A stretch of 64,000 nt of DNA from Williopsis jadinii (Eukaryota), in contig AP024666.1 in assembly GCA_024346625.1 (NCBI GenBank), forward strand, positions 1,116,001-1,180,000, given 5' to 3'. Positions within the stretch are counted from its first letter, which is position 1. The number at the start of each line of letters is the position of its first letter. This document shows, piece after piece, positions 22,758-33,432 of the stretch. The translations under genes were made by a program, and so were the position numbers. The notes beneath the pieces were generated by a model that saw only the letters and a program-made list of their open reading frames with translations, did no database searches and was not told where the DNA came from.

Positions 22758-25700
22758 TCATTCTGCTCCAGCTTGGTGTTTCGTTATGGCCTTGATTTTG
22801 CCATACTTCTGGTAACAACGACTAACATCTTCCACAATTGCAAAGATATCACGCTCAGCACTAAACAGACCAACAGTTTGATCACGCAATGCCAGCATTG
22901 CAATGGTGTGTTCGAGTCTGGAGATCATAACTTCAAAGAGTTGCTTCTCAGTATGTTCTGATCTCTTCAGATTGGCAACTTCCAACGTCAATCCAGAGAG
23001 TTGGGACATTGTTCTATCTAACCTAGATACAATGTCTTTCAACTTGTGGATATCTTGAGATGTCAGATCTGGTTGACGTTGGAATTGATATCTGGATGCC
23101 AGCCCCTTCGGAAAGATCAACGATATGGTCTCCTCTGTTTCAAGACCCTTCAGTTGAACTTTTCCATAGAGTTCTAATCTCCATCCAATTGTCTTCAAGA
23201 TACGGAATTGACTCTCCAAGATCTCTGGGTCTTCAAGATCTGCAAATGCGGCTTCGATATTGACACCTTCTTGTACCTTGTTGTAAGCGGCCTCAATCTT
23301 CTTAAAGTGCTCCACACAATCGGACGTTAGAGTGATCTCACCACCGTCTGCCACCGCAGAGACTCTTGCAGTTCTGTTCACCATAGGACCGAAATAGTCC
23401 ATTCTTCTAGTAATGATATCAGGCTCACACACTGGAGTACCCCAGTGAATACCCATACGGACAGACAGCCCCCTGTAAATAGTATTACCATCGTCATCCT
23501 TGATCTCACAGCCTTCTTCACTCTGTAATATTTCTGCTGGCCAGTCCTCTTGTAAGAGTTGATTTTGAACGTTGAAACACCAGATCATCGCAGACGTCAC
23601 TGTAGGGAAGGAGACCATAAACGCATCACCTTCCGTTTTAACCTCATAACCACCAACGATATGCAATTGACGACGCATGATATCGTTATGTGATCTGATA
23701 GCAGATCTCATGGCTAACGGATAGTTCTCCCACAGTAGGGTAGAGTTCTTAATATCCGTGAAAACCATAGCTAACTCGCCTGATGGTGGTTCAATCTCAG
23801 GTCTTAATCTTCTCAAATTGGAGTCTTGGACCAGTTGTCTTGAAACTGGTCCACTCTTCTTCTTGGCCTTCTTCGTGGAAACAACTATAGCAGAAACTTT
23901 CGTAGAGCAACCATATGATATGGCGTAATCCCTGAGTCTCTCTGCAGTGACCATTGGATTGTCAGATTCCCTCACAATATCACCAATTGTTTTAACTGGT
24001 AAATAGTCATACAACTCTTTAGATGCAATCACAAGAACGTCATCGTTGATTGTGCACTCGGAAGAATCAGGCCCTGTATGAACGTGTGGTAAAAGATCGA
24101 TAAACCCAGCTGCTCTCGAGACCTGTGAGATACCATCTACCCTATCATTGCTGGAGACAAACCCACCAGAAGTTCTAATTCTGTCAAACTCTGCAGGTAT
24201 TGAAGGTTGATGAAGAACACTCAACCAGCTGTACGATCCATCCGGTTTGGCAATCATCACTATAGTATCACCAATATTTGCACAGTAAGCCTTGCCTTCT
24301 TTGAGATACACAACTGTTGCAGTAGAGCCTGTCAATCCATCCTCAGAGTTAAGGTTCGCGTTATTAATGACACCGTTTAGTTGAAGGAACGCACTTCTCA
24401 TAGCTGTAGGGACGTCAAGCTTCTTAAGCTCATTTTCGAACAACTTGTGGAAACTATCCTTAATCAGATAAGAAATTTTACCAGAGTACAACCCATCGAA
24501 CAAGCAAATCAGTGTACCACCGTTGATATTTTGGAACACAGAGTCTCTCGTGGTGATATGCTTATTGATCTTATCCGAAATACCATAAGACATGTGATCC
24601 AAGGTTGTTGGAGTTACACGTACTCTGAAATCCATACTATCATCCGGAATCACCTGCGTAGTGATGGTCAGATCCATTAAACCAAGTAACTTGAGCTTTG
24701 GCATTTCCAAATCCTCTGTAATCTCCATTTTCTTGTTTCCAGACAAGTTCAAGTATCGCAAGTTGGTATTATTCTTCCAATTCCATTCGTATTTCGAGTT
24801 TGATGTATTGTACTTCAAGTCATTGGAGCCGATATCCACCACTTCCAGATCCGCAAGCTTCGATAGCCCGGCCGGTAAAGTACGGAATCTGTTGGAATTC
24901 AAGTGTAGTACTCTCAAAAGTCTCAACTCGTCAAAGTCATCTGGAAGTGTCGATAACGAATTTCCAGCAAGATAAAGCTCTTGAATAAGATGAAGGGTGC
25001 TGAACACGCCTTGTGGAATATCTATCAACTTGTTGTAAGACAAATCCAAAGTCTTAAGGTCGGTCAACTGCCTTAAAACGTCAAAGCATGATTCATCGAG
25101 TTGGTTATCAGCTGCCCAAATGTGGAGGGCCTTGTTGTGTGCAGCCTCGGGCAACTCTGAAATCAGGTTCGAAGAAAGGTTGATACTCTCCACGAATGAA
25201 AAATCAGGTATAAGCTTCAAGTTGTTGTCGTGGAGGTCTAAGACCTTTAGTTTAGTCAAGGATGACATATCTGGTAGTTGTTCAAGATTGTTGCTGTACA
25301 GCGATAGTTCCCTCAGGCTCGTGAGGTTCGATATATCAGGGAGCTGACGGAGAGCGTTATGACTGAGCTCCAGCTTTTCCAGCTTCGTGTGGTTGAGAAT
25401 AGTAGTTGGAAATGCAGTTAGCTTAGCCTTTGATAAGTTCAATGAGATCAAATTCGGCGACTCGATACTCAATTGAGTAATTGGGTTGGCCTGTAGGTCC
25501 AAGGCTCTCAAACTTCGTAAGGGATCGGATATATTCGAAATGTTGTTGTTTGACAAATAAAGATTCTCAACATTTGACCCTGGTAAACGAATAGAAAAGA
25601 TATCATTGTGTCTCAGGTTCAAAGCTCTTAGATTTGTGAGTCTGATCTCGACTTTGGTCAAATAGTTCGACGAGATGTTGATCTTCTTTATTGATTTCAA

Positions 25701-27371
25701 GTTGTTAATTGACTCTGGAAGAGTACGTAGTTTGTTATAAGATAGATCCAATTGCAAAAGGTTGGTCAACTTGTTCACAGACTCTGGGTACTCCTCAAAC
25801 TCGTTGGAACTCAAATCCAAGATCTTTAAACTCTCCGGTAGATCTGGTAGGTAGCTAAGCTTGTTACAGCTCATGTTCAATATCGACAGGTTCTTGAGAA
25901 ATGAGATGTTCTCCGGTATGCTTGTAATGAAGTTTCTCTCCAAGTCCAGGGACACCAATTCTCTAGCATAGACCACATTCTGAGGGAAATATTTGGCTCT
26001 AATGTTGACCATTCTCAAGGAGCTCAGCTGGGAATTTGACGTTTGGAAAAAGTCCAATGGTAAAGTAATATCACCGTTATTTGAAACGTCCAAGCTTTGT
26101 ACTTTCGACGAATAACACAAGGCTGGGATCTTTTGCAAGTCTTTGCTCTTCAAGTTAACGTGCACCAGGTCTCTGCCTATGGCTTCTTCCTCTGTTGGTG
26201 TCAGTTGTTTCAAAACGTCATGATGAAGGATGAATTTGAATAGATATGTCAAATCAAATCTTCCAATCTCCTCCATCTTGTCGCCCTCTGTATAACCAGA
26301 GAGCAATAGCAAGTTTGTCTGGATCTTCACGGGTCTCTGATACGACTCCAGCTTCTTCGTGACCTTACCAACCCTCAAACTCAACTTGTAGTCACCAACG
26401 AGCTGGTATCTTCCCTTTAAGAATCGTATAAGCTCCTCCGCTGTTTCGTCGTACGGTCTCTTCAAAGTGGATGCAAAATCGTCATCCTCGGCGTGCACTC
26501 TGATATGATACAGCTTATTGTGATGAGCTTTCCCCATTCCCTTTGAGGGAGCCTTATGGCTAGTTTTGGCAACAACGTACTCATCCTCATCACCATGACT
26601 AACTTGCGTTAGTTTATCTGGTTTGACGTCCCAACTCTCTGGAGCAGCCCACCCATCCTTTGCTGGCGATTTCCTCTCTGGTATGTCAGAAGGGTCAATG
26701 TGTCCAACAATATCAGTCATATCAAGATCATGGATGTTCATTGTAACCACTGATTCTGCAACACTATCCTTGTTTAGCGAAACACCGCCGCTGAGCTTGC
26801 TTGACACTGACGAGCCTACGACGCTAACCCGGTGCGGCGGTTGCGCTCCCAGAGACTTCGAAGTGGTTAGACCATTCGAACGTATAGGCTCCTCGAAGAT
26901 GGTGCTGTTATCCATGCTGTACAGCTCCGTGTGATCCTGAGACTTGGACTTGGACAGAGGGTCCCTTGGAATCGACTGCAGCGGTTGAGACGCCGACCTT
27001 ATTGACGATTTCTCACTGATATCCTCGCTGATTCTCTTCTTCTCTTCCCTGATGGAGGTGATGAACTTGCCAAAGATGCTCTTCTTGTGCTTGGGCTTCA
27101 CAGGGTGCTTGAACGGAGGTTGAGGAAACTGCTGGCCCATTTGATGGAACCCCTTGTACGACTTGGATATGCCACTAGGGCTTGCCACGCTTTCCAGCCT
27201 GCTTCCATCGCTGGACCCCAGCGACTGGGACCGGGAATCGCCACTAGACCGTCTCTTATTCTCCGCCAGCGACACCTTCCGTGACGTTAGAGGCGAAACG
27301 TCTCCTTCTGACCCTGTGGAATTCTTATCCCTTGCGGGATGTATGCTGTAATCACTATCAAACCCAGGCAT
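22758..27371 (-). CDS. CYR1: Adenylate cyclase
   Basis: G-alpha-binding WAAPESWDV, Ras-association region, LRR array, PP2C-like domain and cyclase core (VFTDIKNST, EVKTEGDAFMV, MDYFGPMVNRTARV). Confidence 0.97.
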   Translation of the reverse strand: MPGFDSDYSIHPARDKNSTGSEGDVSPLTSRKVSLAENKRRSSGDSRSQSLGSSDGSRLESVASPSGISKSYKGFHQMGQQFPQPPFKHPVKPKHKKSIFGKFITSIREEKKRISEDISEKSSIRSASQPLQSIPRDPLSKSKSQDHTELYSMDNSTIFEEPIRSNGLTTSKSLGAQPPHRVSVVGSSVSSKLSGGVSLNKDSVAESVVTMNIHDLDMTDIVGHIDPSDIPERKSPAKDGWAAPESWDVKPDKLTQVSHGDEDEYVVAKTSHKAPSKGMGKAHHNKLYHIRVHAEDDDFASTLKRPYDETAEELIRFLKGRYQLVGDYKLSLRVGKVTKKLESYQRPVKIQTNLLLLSGYTEGDKMEEIGRFDLTYLFKFILHHDVLKQLTPTEEEAIGRDLVHVNLKSKDLQKIPALCYSSKVQSLDVSNNGDITLPLDFFQTSNSQLSSLRMVNIRAKYFPQNVVYARELVSLDLERNFITSIPENISFLKNLSILNMSCNKLSYLPDLPESLKILDLSSNEFEEYPESVNKLTNLLQLDLSYNKLRTLPESINNLKSIKKINISSNYLTKVEIRLTNLRALNLRHNDIFSIRLPGSNVENLYLSNNNISNISDPLRSLRALDLQANPITQLSIESPNLISLNLSKAKLTAFPTTILNHTKLEKLELSHNALRQLPDISNLTSLRELSLYSNNLEQLPDMSSLTKLKVLDLHDNNLKLIPDFSFVESINLSSNLISELPEAAHNKALHIWAADNQLDESCFDVLRQLTDLKTLDLSYNKLIDIPQGVFSTLHLIQELYLAGNSLSTLPDDFDELRLLRVLHLNSNRFRTLPAGLSKLADLEVVDIGSNDLKYNTSNSKYEWNWKNNTNLRYLNLSGNKKMEITEDLEMPKLKLLGLMDLTITTQVIPDDSMDFRVRVTPTTLDHMSYGISDKINKHITTRDSVFQNINGGTLICLFDGLYSGKISYLIKDSFHKLFENELKKLDVPTAMRSAFLQLNGVINNANLNSEDGLTGSTATVVYLKEGKAYCANIGDTIVMIAKPDGSYSWLSVLHQPSIPAEFDRIRTSGGFVSSNDRVDGISQVSRAAGFIDLLPHVHTGPDSSECTINDDVLVIASKELYDYLPVKTIGDIVRESDNPMVTAERLRDYAISYGCSTKVSAIVVSTKKAKKKSGPVSRQLVQDSNLRRLRPEIEPPSGELAMVFTDIKNSTLLWENYPLAMRSAIRSHNDIMRRQLHIVGGYEVKTEGDAFMVSFPTVTSAMIWCFNVQNQLLQEDWPAEILQSEEGCEIKDDDGNTIYRGLSVRMGIHWGTPVCEPDIITRRMDYFGPMVNRTARVSAVADGGEITLTSDCVEHFKKIEAAYNKVQEGVNIEAAFADLEDPEILESQFRILKTIGWRLELYGKVQLKGLETEETISLIFPKGLASRYQFQRQPDLTSQDIHKLKDIVSRLDRTMSQLSGLTLEVANLKRSEHTEKQLFEVMISRLEHTIAMLALRDQTVGLFSAERDIFAIVEDVSRCYQKYGKIKAITKHQAGAE

Positions 27372-27787
27372 GAGAACTAAAGCACCCTCTGTTTTACGCT
27401 GTGGCTCTTTCTCTCTGGTCGTCCTGTTTACTACTCCCCTTTCTGACGATGATAGCGTCGGTTATTCAACCCTGTCACGTACAATTGGTATGGTGTTTCC
27501 TGCCCAGCTCCAGTGAGATGTTGATTTCCTCCCTCCACGGGCTGAGGATCCTTTTCGAGGTTTGGCGGACTCGCAGGCAGGTGATTGAATTTTTCTGCTT
27601 GCCCGTGGGCAGGCGGGCCCTGGGCAGCCTGGCGGGCGGACGGTGTCCTCCTGCGTGGACGCTGGCACGCAGCCTGGCATTGCCTGGTGCTCCGTCTACA
27701 GTTCAGCCAATGTTGAGCTCTTTATTGAAGAACATCGCAGTCTAAGTACGTGTAATATGTGATGTGTGTACTGTGTACTGTGTACAC

Positions 27788-29089
27788 TCAGCTACGGTAG
27801 TCACCGTTGATTGTGATGTACTCGTGAGATAAATCACAGGTCCAGAACGTTGTCTCTGCACCACCACCGGTTCCCAAGTCAACAGAGATCTCGAGATCTT
27901 CGAACTGTAAGATCTGTGAAGCTCTCTCTTCATCAACCACCTCAGGCTCACCGTTGACCAAGAGTTTGAGCTCTGCGGAGCCGTCTGCTGGCACGAAAGA
28001 GACGTTGGTCTTTGAGGTGTTCACCTCGACATCGGAATAGCCAATGGCACAGAGGATTCTACCCCAGTTGGCATCTTTACCGTACAGCGCAGTCTTCACC
28101 AGTGGCGAGTTTGCAATGGTCTTACCAACCTGATGAGCATCTTCATAGGAAAGGGCGTCTTTAATTTTGATTGTGACGAACTTCGTAGCACCTTCACCGT
28201 CACGAACAACCAGCTGTGCCAAAGTCTGAGCAAACTGAGTAATCTCGTCACGGATCAACTCATATGATTCACCAGAGGACTCGGTGATTTCCGGGCCACC
28301 AGCTGCGCCGTTGGCCAATGCTGCAATGGTATCATTGGTAGACATATCACCATCCACAGAGATCGAGTTAAATGAACGGTTCACCGCATACGACAAGATC
28401 GACTGCAAAGCCTTTGGTTCAATTGGAGCGTCGGTAACGAAAAATCCCAACAGTGTGGCCATGTTTGGACAGATCATACCTGCACCTTTGGAGAGGCCTG
28501 CGATTCTATACGTATGGTTGTTTATGGAGATCTCCTTGGAAACAAGCTTTGGGAATGTGTCAGTGGTCATGATACCCTTGGCACACGTCAACCAGTGTTC
28601 ATGATCGGAGCCCAACGACTCCTTGAACAACTTTGGAATCGCACCGAGAATCTTGTCCATTGACAGCTGTTGTCCAATGACACCAGTGGACATGCAAAGC
28701 GTCGACATCTTATCAGAGGCAGAAGAGCCTGTGACGAGCTGGTCAACCGCTTGGACAATCTCCTTAGCATTGGCCAATCCTTTAGTGCCTGTGACTGCAT
28801 TGGCACAGCCAGAGTTTATGACAATCGCCTGAACCTTGTCGGTCTGCTCCAACACGAGCTTAGACAGCTGGACAGGAGCAGCCTTGAACTTGTTCGTTGT
28901 AAACACAGCAGCAGCAGACGCAGGCTTCTCAGAGATAATGAGCGACAAGTCCAATTGCGAGTTCTTCTTCACGCCAGAGGAGACGGCGCCGACTTTATAC
29001 CCCTTTGGATACGAGCCTTGCTTAGGAACATAGGCTGCGTACTTGTTACAAGCAGAAGCTGTTGTGGACAGGAATCTTCTACCAGTCAT
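27788..29089 (-). CDS. ARG7: Mitochondrial ornithine acetyltransferase (ArgJ family)
   Basis: [33 protein letters not shown] (autocleavage site), DGDMSTNDT and DGEGATK. The ATG at 29089 begins a presequence-like [14 protein letters not shown]. Confidence 0.96.
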   Translation of the reverse strand: MTGRRFLSTTASACNKYAAYVPKQGSYPKGYKVGAVSSGVKKNSQLDLSLIISEKPASAAAVFTTNKFKAAPVQLSKLVLEQTDKVQAIVINSGCANAVTGTKGLANAKEIVQAVDQLVTGSSASDKMSTLCMSTGVIGQQLSMDKILGAIPKLFKESLGSDHEHWLTCAKGIMTTDTFPKLVSKEISINNHTYRIAGLSKGAGMICPNMATLLGFFVTDAPIEPKALQSILSYAVNRSFNSISVDGDMSTNDTIAALANGAAGGPEITESSGESYELIRDEITQFAQTLAQLVVRDGEGATKFVTIKIKDALSYEDAHQVGKTIANSPLVKTALYGKDANWGRILCAIGYSDVEVNTSKTNVSFVPADGSAELKLLVNGEPEVVDEERASQILQFEDLEISVDLGTGGGAETTFWTCDLSHEYITINGDYRS

Positions 29090-29546
29090 CTTTCTGTCAA
29101 TTGAGCCTGCTGTCCAGTGAAGAGCGCTAAAGGGAAGCTCCTTCTGCCTGGTGGACTTTTTCTTTTCTGGGCTCCCACCACCGCCTCCGTCCCAAGGGGA
29201 AACTCCAGCCCAGCGCTGCACTGGGTCATGAAAACTAGGCTGCCCCAGAAAGATACAGCCACTGCTAAATTTTCAACTGAAGCGCATCCCACTGATCGAA
29301 ACTAGGGCCAATTGGCTAAGATTTAATATACAAAGATATAGCCTCAAGAAGAAGTCGATGTAGTAATCATTCTCTATATATAAACCATGCCGTTGGCAAC
29401 TGTTCCAGTGCCCAAGGGCCCTTTGATTTTGGCTAGCAGCGAATTTTGTTGGCCTTGGTTTGCTTCGACGACGAGGGAAAAAATCTTCAGAGCCTCTCTT
29501 TTCCCTCACACGAACAGCACTGTCCAGCCCATCAGTTTAAAGTACG

Positions 29547-30674
29547 ATGTCCACCAAAGAAGTTGCTAAGCCAGACTACTCAATCAACAACTCTGACGTT
29601 GTTGAGAAGTACAGAACCGCCGGTTCGATTTCCAACAAGGCTCTGTCCCACGTCAAGTCCCTTGCTGTGGAGGGCGCAAAGGTGTTCGACCTGTGTCAAG
29701 CCGGTGATGAGCTCTTGGAGGAGGAGGTCTCCAAGATCTACAACTCCAAGAAGAACAAGGTTGAGAGTAAAGGTATTGCGTTCCCAACCTCTGTCTCTCC
29801 AAACGCCATTGCCGACCATCTTTCCCCAATCTCTGCTGATGACGAAGCCGCCAACTTGACCTTGAAGAACGGCGATGTCGTCAAGATCCGTCTCGGTGCC
29901 CAAATTGATGGCTTTGCTTCCATCGTGTCAGACACAATTGTTGTTGGCTCGTCTAAGTCTGCTCCAGTGACTGGTAAGAATGCTGACTTGTTGACTGCTG
30001 CCTACAAGGCCTCTGAGGCTGCTTTGAGAGTGATCAAGCCAGGTAACAAGAACACCGACGTTACCAAGATCGTCGACAAGGTTGCTGCTGCATACGGAGT
30101 CAAGCCATTGGAAGGTATGCTCTCCCATAACCAAGAGCGTAACGTGCTCACCGGACCAAACGAGATCATTATAAATCCTTCAGATGACCAGAAGTCGCAG
30201 GTTTCCCCATTCGAGTTCGAAGTTGGCCAAGTGTTCGGTCTCGACATCTTGATGACTGCTGGTGAAGGTAAGGTCAAGCCATCTCAGATCAGAACCACCA
30301 TCTACAAGTTGACCGGTAACTCGTACCAGTTGAAGCTCAGATCTTCGCACCTGGTGTTGAACGAGATCAAGAGAAAGGCATCCCAATTCCCATTCTCCAT
30401 CAAGAACTTGGACGACCCAACAAAGGGTAAGACAGGTTTGAAAGAGAACTGCACCCACGGCACCATGATTGCATACGACATGTACCAGGACAAGGATGGT
30501 CAAAACATCGCCCAAGTCTACGTCACCGTCGCCATCACCAAGAACGGTCTCGTCAAGTTCACCTCCGCTGACTTCGACCAGGAGGTGGTCAAGTCTGACG
30601 TTGAGCTGTCCGATGAGTTGAAGCAACTCATCTCATCGTCTTTGAAGGTCAAGAAGGCTAAGAAGGAGAACTAA
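29547..30674 (+). CDS. Ebp1/PA2G4/Cdb4-like non-catalytic M24 (MetAP-fold) ribosome-associated protein
   Basis: DVVEKYRTAG, KGIAFPTSVS, DVVKIRLGAQIDGF, KPLEGMLSH and a Lys-rich C-terminus; 375 aa with strongly biased codon use. Confidence 0.88.
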   Translation: MSTKEVAKPDYSINNSDVVEKYRTAGSISNKALSHVKSLAVEGAKVFDLCQAGDELLEEEVSKIYNSKKNKVESKGIAFPTSVSPNAIADHLSPISADDEAANLTLKNGDVVKIRLGAQIDGFASIVSDTIVVGSSKSAPVTGKNADLLTAAYKASEAALRVIKPGNKNTDVTKIVDKVAAAYGVKPLEGMLSHNQERNVLTGPNEIIINPSDDQKSQVSPFEFEVGQVFGLDILMTAGEGKVKPSQIRTTIYKLTGNSYQLKLRSSHLVLNEIKRKASQFPFSIKNLDDPTKGKTGLKENCTHGTMIAYDMYQDKDGQNIAQVYVTVAITKNGLVKFTSADFDQEVVKSDVELSDELKQLISSSLKVKKAKKEN

Positions 30675-31227
30675 TCTACATGTGCTAGGGCTTTATTTGT
30701 TTGTTTGCCCTCTTCTACTTGAACTCCTCGCCGTAGTCCCTAACTGCCTGTATAACAGAGCTTCTTCCTCTCACGCCAATCATTCGGTGCTTTTGCTTGA
30801 GCATCTCGCCTTGTTGAAGGAAAGCTCTTCAGCTCAGAAGCCTCCGCCGGCACTCAGTAAAAATTTGTTCTTCCTCCTACAACAACCACACAAAAACGCT
30901 GAAAACCAAAAAAATAGGCTGAAAACCACAAAACCGCGTTGAGAACAACATTGTTATTCCTTTGCAAGAGAGGACGTTGGTTTTCGGCTGTTTGAAGTTG
31001 TTGAATTCTTGCGCAATTGAGCTCGCTGAACTGGTCTGAAGGCCGTGCTTGTGTGAAGAGACTGTGTTAGTGAATTGCCCTTTGGCTGTGTCTGCGTGTT
31101 GTGTGCTTTCTCTCTCTTTGGGTGTGTGTTTTTCGTTGTTGGTTTGGCTGCTTTGATACCACTTGTCGTTAGTTGTTGATTTTGAAGAGACTTGTCATCT
31201 CGGTCACCAGTTGTGCCCTCTGTCACG

Positions 31228-33336
31228 ATGGTGTCATCTCATACTGCTCAGAGCGTTTCAGACGACTCGTCTGTTACACCTTGTTCCTCGAATACGACGT
31301 CGAGAAGAAGTTCGAGACCAACATCTCCTTCTGTTGTGCTCATGAAGGAGCCGAAGGAACCAAGGGAATCAAGGAAAAGGCACTCGTCCAGGCTGGTGGA
31401 TGCTGAACGGAGAAAACAGGAGGCTAAGCTAGAGGAGGAGGAACAGAAACAACAGCAAAAGAAGAGGAAACTGCAGAAAGACAAGGAACTTGTTTTGAAG
31501 AAGAATAAGAACCTCCCTCCTGTAGATCTCGACACCGCGGACGTTGACATGCTCTCCACGTTCCCAGCAGGTGTCTCCAAGAAGCCTTCGAAACTGGTCA
31601 AAATTGACAAAAGAGGTAAGCTGACCTTTATCGAGCCTGCAAACGACGAACCTTTGATGAGCGTTACAGGGCTGCCATTGGCTGCTCCTCCAAACTCCAA
31701 GATTAAAAAAGAGGCTCTTTGGCCACGGAAGAAGGCTAAGAAATCGAAGGCATCGACGCCGATCACTGGGGAGGAAGACTCTGAATCATCCTCAGTGACT
31801 CCGCTATCACAGGATGACTACTTGGGAGCCTTGCAAAATCAGTTGAAGACAAAGATTAACGAAAGGCTACAGAAACCCAGTCATATTCGCTCTTCTTCTA
31901 AGCCTGTGGATAAGAATGGTGCCGATATATACGGCCGCAAGTTTAGGAGCTTAAGATCGAAAGAGTCTTCAAATGACACCATCGAGAAAACTCCTCAAAG
32001 AAAAAGGCACGCACATTCTCCAATCACGGGCAAGAATACCCAACAGAAGAGAAAGATCAAGAACTCATCTCCAAAGAAGAGCCGTGAAAATCCGTTTGGT
32101 TATAATAACCCTATGCAACTTGCTGGTTCTAAGAGAGAGAACGCATTCGACGTTTTAGACCCTACAAAGGACAACGAGGACTTTTGCTCCTCTTGTGGTG
32201 AACCTGGGATATTTCTCTGTTGTGAGGGCTGTCCTAAATCTTTCCATTTTGCATGTTGTTATCCTCCGTTTGACGAATCGAATCTTCCAGAAGGTGAATG
32301 GTTATGCACCGAATGCAATACGAAGAAGAACCCTCCAAAACCTCATAAACAGGGGCTGTTTGCGAAATTGTTGGACCAACTGGAAAGAAGAAATCCAACA
32401 CAATTTAGATTACCAAGAAGAATCAGGGAAAGATTCGAAGGGGTTGTGACGGGTCACTACGGTGAGTACGAAACAACAGATTACAAACCTTATAGACCTG
32501 CAAAGATTGGATCTTTTGAGCAGACGAATCCTGAATTACATTACGATAAGGACGGTAACGTCTTGGTCTGTGTGAAATGTGGACTCACGGGTATTTCTCC
32601 AGACAAAACCATGGGTGACGTTGATAAACCTATCATCAATTGTGAATATTGCCCTTCGACATGGCATCTGGATTGCTTAGATCCACCTCTATCCACCGTA
32701 AAGCAACTTGGAACGAAATGGAAATGCCCCAATCATGCTGATCATCTAATGCCAGAGTCTAACAAGAATCGCCGCTTGAAGAAACCAAATATCATCGACG
32801 TTGACCAAGTCCATGGATTTAAGAATGATGGTAACATCGAAATTCTACTCGAGAAAAGTGATGACGAGGATGGAATCTTTCATCATATACCAACTCCACC
32901 TTTCTTTGAAAACGAAGACGTCCCCCATGGAATATCAGCCACTCCTAATAAGACACAGTTGAAGCTTTGGAGGGATGAATTTGCTGTACATAGGGTTCCT
33001 GAACGTGGTGTCGTTTTGGATTTTTTGGGCAAAGTACAAGCCAATAAAACGCTTGAAATACAGCAGATGATAACTCATAACCTGAAGATCAATAAGGAAA
33101 ATAATGATCTATTGAAGAAGTTGGTTACATCAGATAAGTACGAAAAGAAAGAAAAGGCCACTATAAAATCACTTGTGCAACTAAAAGAGGGAGAATTGCA
33201 AGACCTTGCGAAAATTGCTACCAAGGAATTGGCCTCTAATAGCCTATCTGAATTTGAAGTTGAAGAACTTTTAGAGATCAAGAGGCTTATAGCATTAAAG
33301 GGTAAAGGGAAGTTATTGGAGTTTTTAAAGAGTTGA
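31228..33336 (+). CDS. RCO1: Rpd3S dual-PHD subunit Rco1
   Basis: SVTGLPL..IKKEALW motif, PHD1 (NEDFCSSC..CCEGCPKSFHFACC) and PHD2 (CEYCPSTWHLDCL..WKCPNH); convergent with PDS5. First ATG at 31228. Confidence 0.92.
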   Translation: MVSSHTAQSVSDDSSVTPCSSNTTSRRSSRPTSPSVVLMKEPKEPRESRKRHSSRLVDAERRKQEAKLEEEEQKQQQKKRKLQKDKELVLKKNKNLPPVDLDTADVDMLSTFPAGVSKKPSKLVKIDKRGKLTFIEPANDEPLMSVTGLPLAAPPNSKIKKEALWPRKKAKKSKASTPITGEEDSESSSVTPLSQDDYLGALQNQLKTKINERLQKPSHIRSSSKPVDKNGADIYGRKFRSLRSKESSNDTIEKTPQRKRHAHSPITGKNTQQKRKIKNSSPKKSRENPFGYNNPMQLAGSKRENAFDVLDPTKDNEDFCSSCGEPGIFLCCEGCPKSFHFACCYPPFDESNLPEGEWLCTECNTKKNPPKPHKQGLFAKLLDQLERRNPTQFRLPRRIRERFEGVVTGHYGEYETTDYKPYRPAKIGSFEQTNPELHYDKDGNVLVCVKCGLTGISPDKTMGDVDKPIINCEYCPSTWHLDCLDPPLSTVKQLGTKWKCPNHADHLMPESNKNRRLKKPNIIDVDQVHGFKNDGNIEILLEKSDDEDGIFHHIPTPPFFENEDVPHGISATPNKTQLKLWRDEFAVHRVPERGVVLDFLGKVQANKTLEIQQMITHNLKINKENNDLLKKLVTSDKYEKKEKATIKSLVQLKEGELQDLAKIATKELASNSLSEFEVEELLEIKRLIALKGKGKLLEFLKS

Positions 33337-33432
33337 TATATTTATTACTACAAGAAAAAAAACACGAGGGCGAACGATAAATAACCAATATGCATTTTAC
33401 ATCATCATTAAAGCAATTGTAGTAATAATTTG

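Noticed and set aside
29090..29221. 44-codon N-terminal extension of ARG7 in the ORF track
   Set aside because: It has a non-ATG start, and the ATG at 29089 already gives a plausible mitochondrial presequence.
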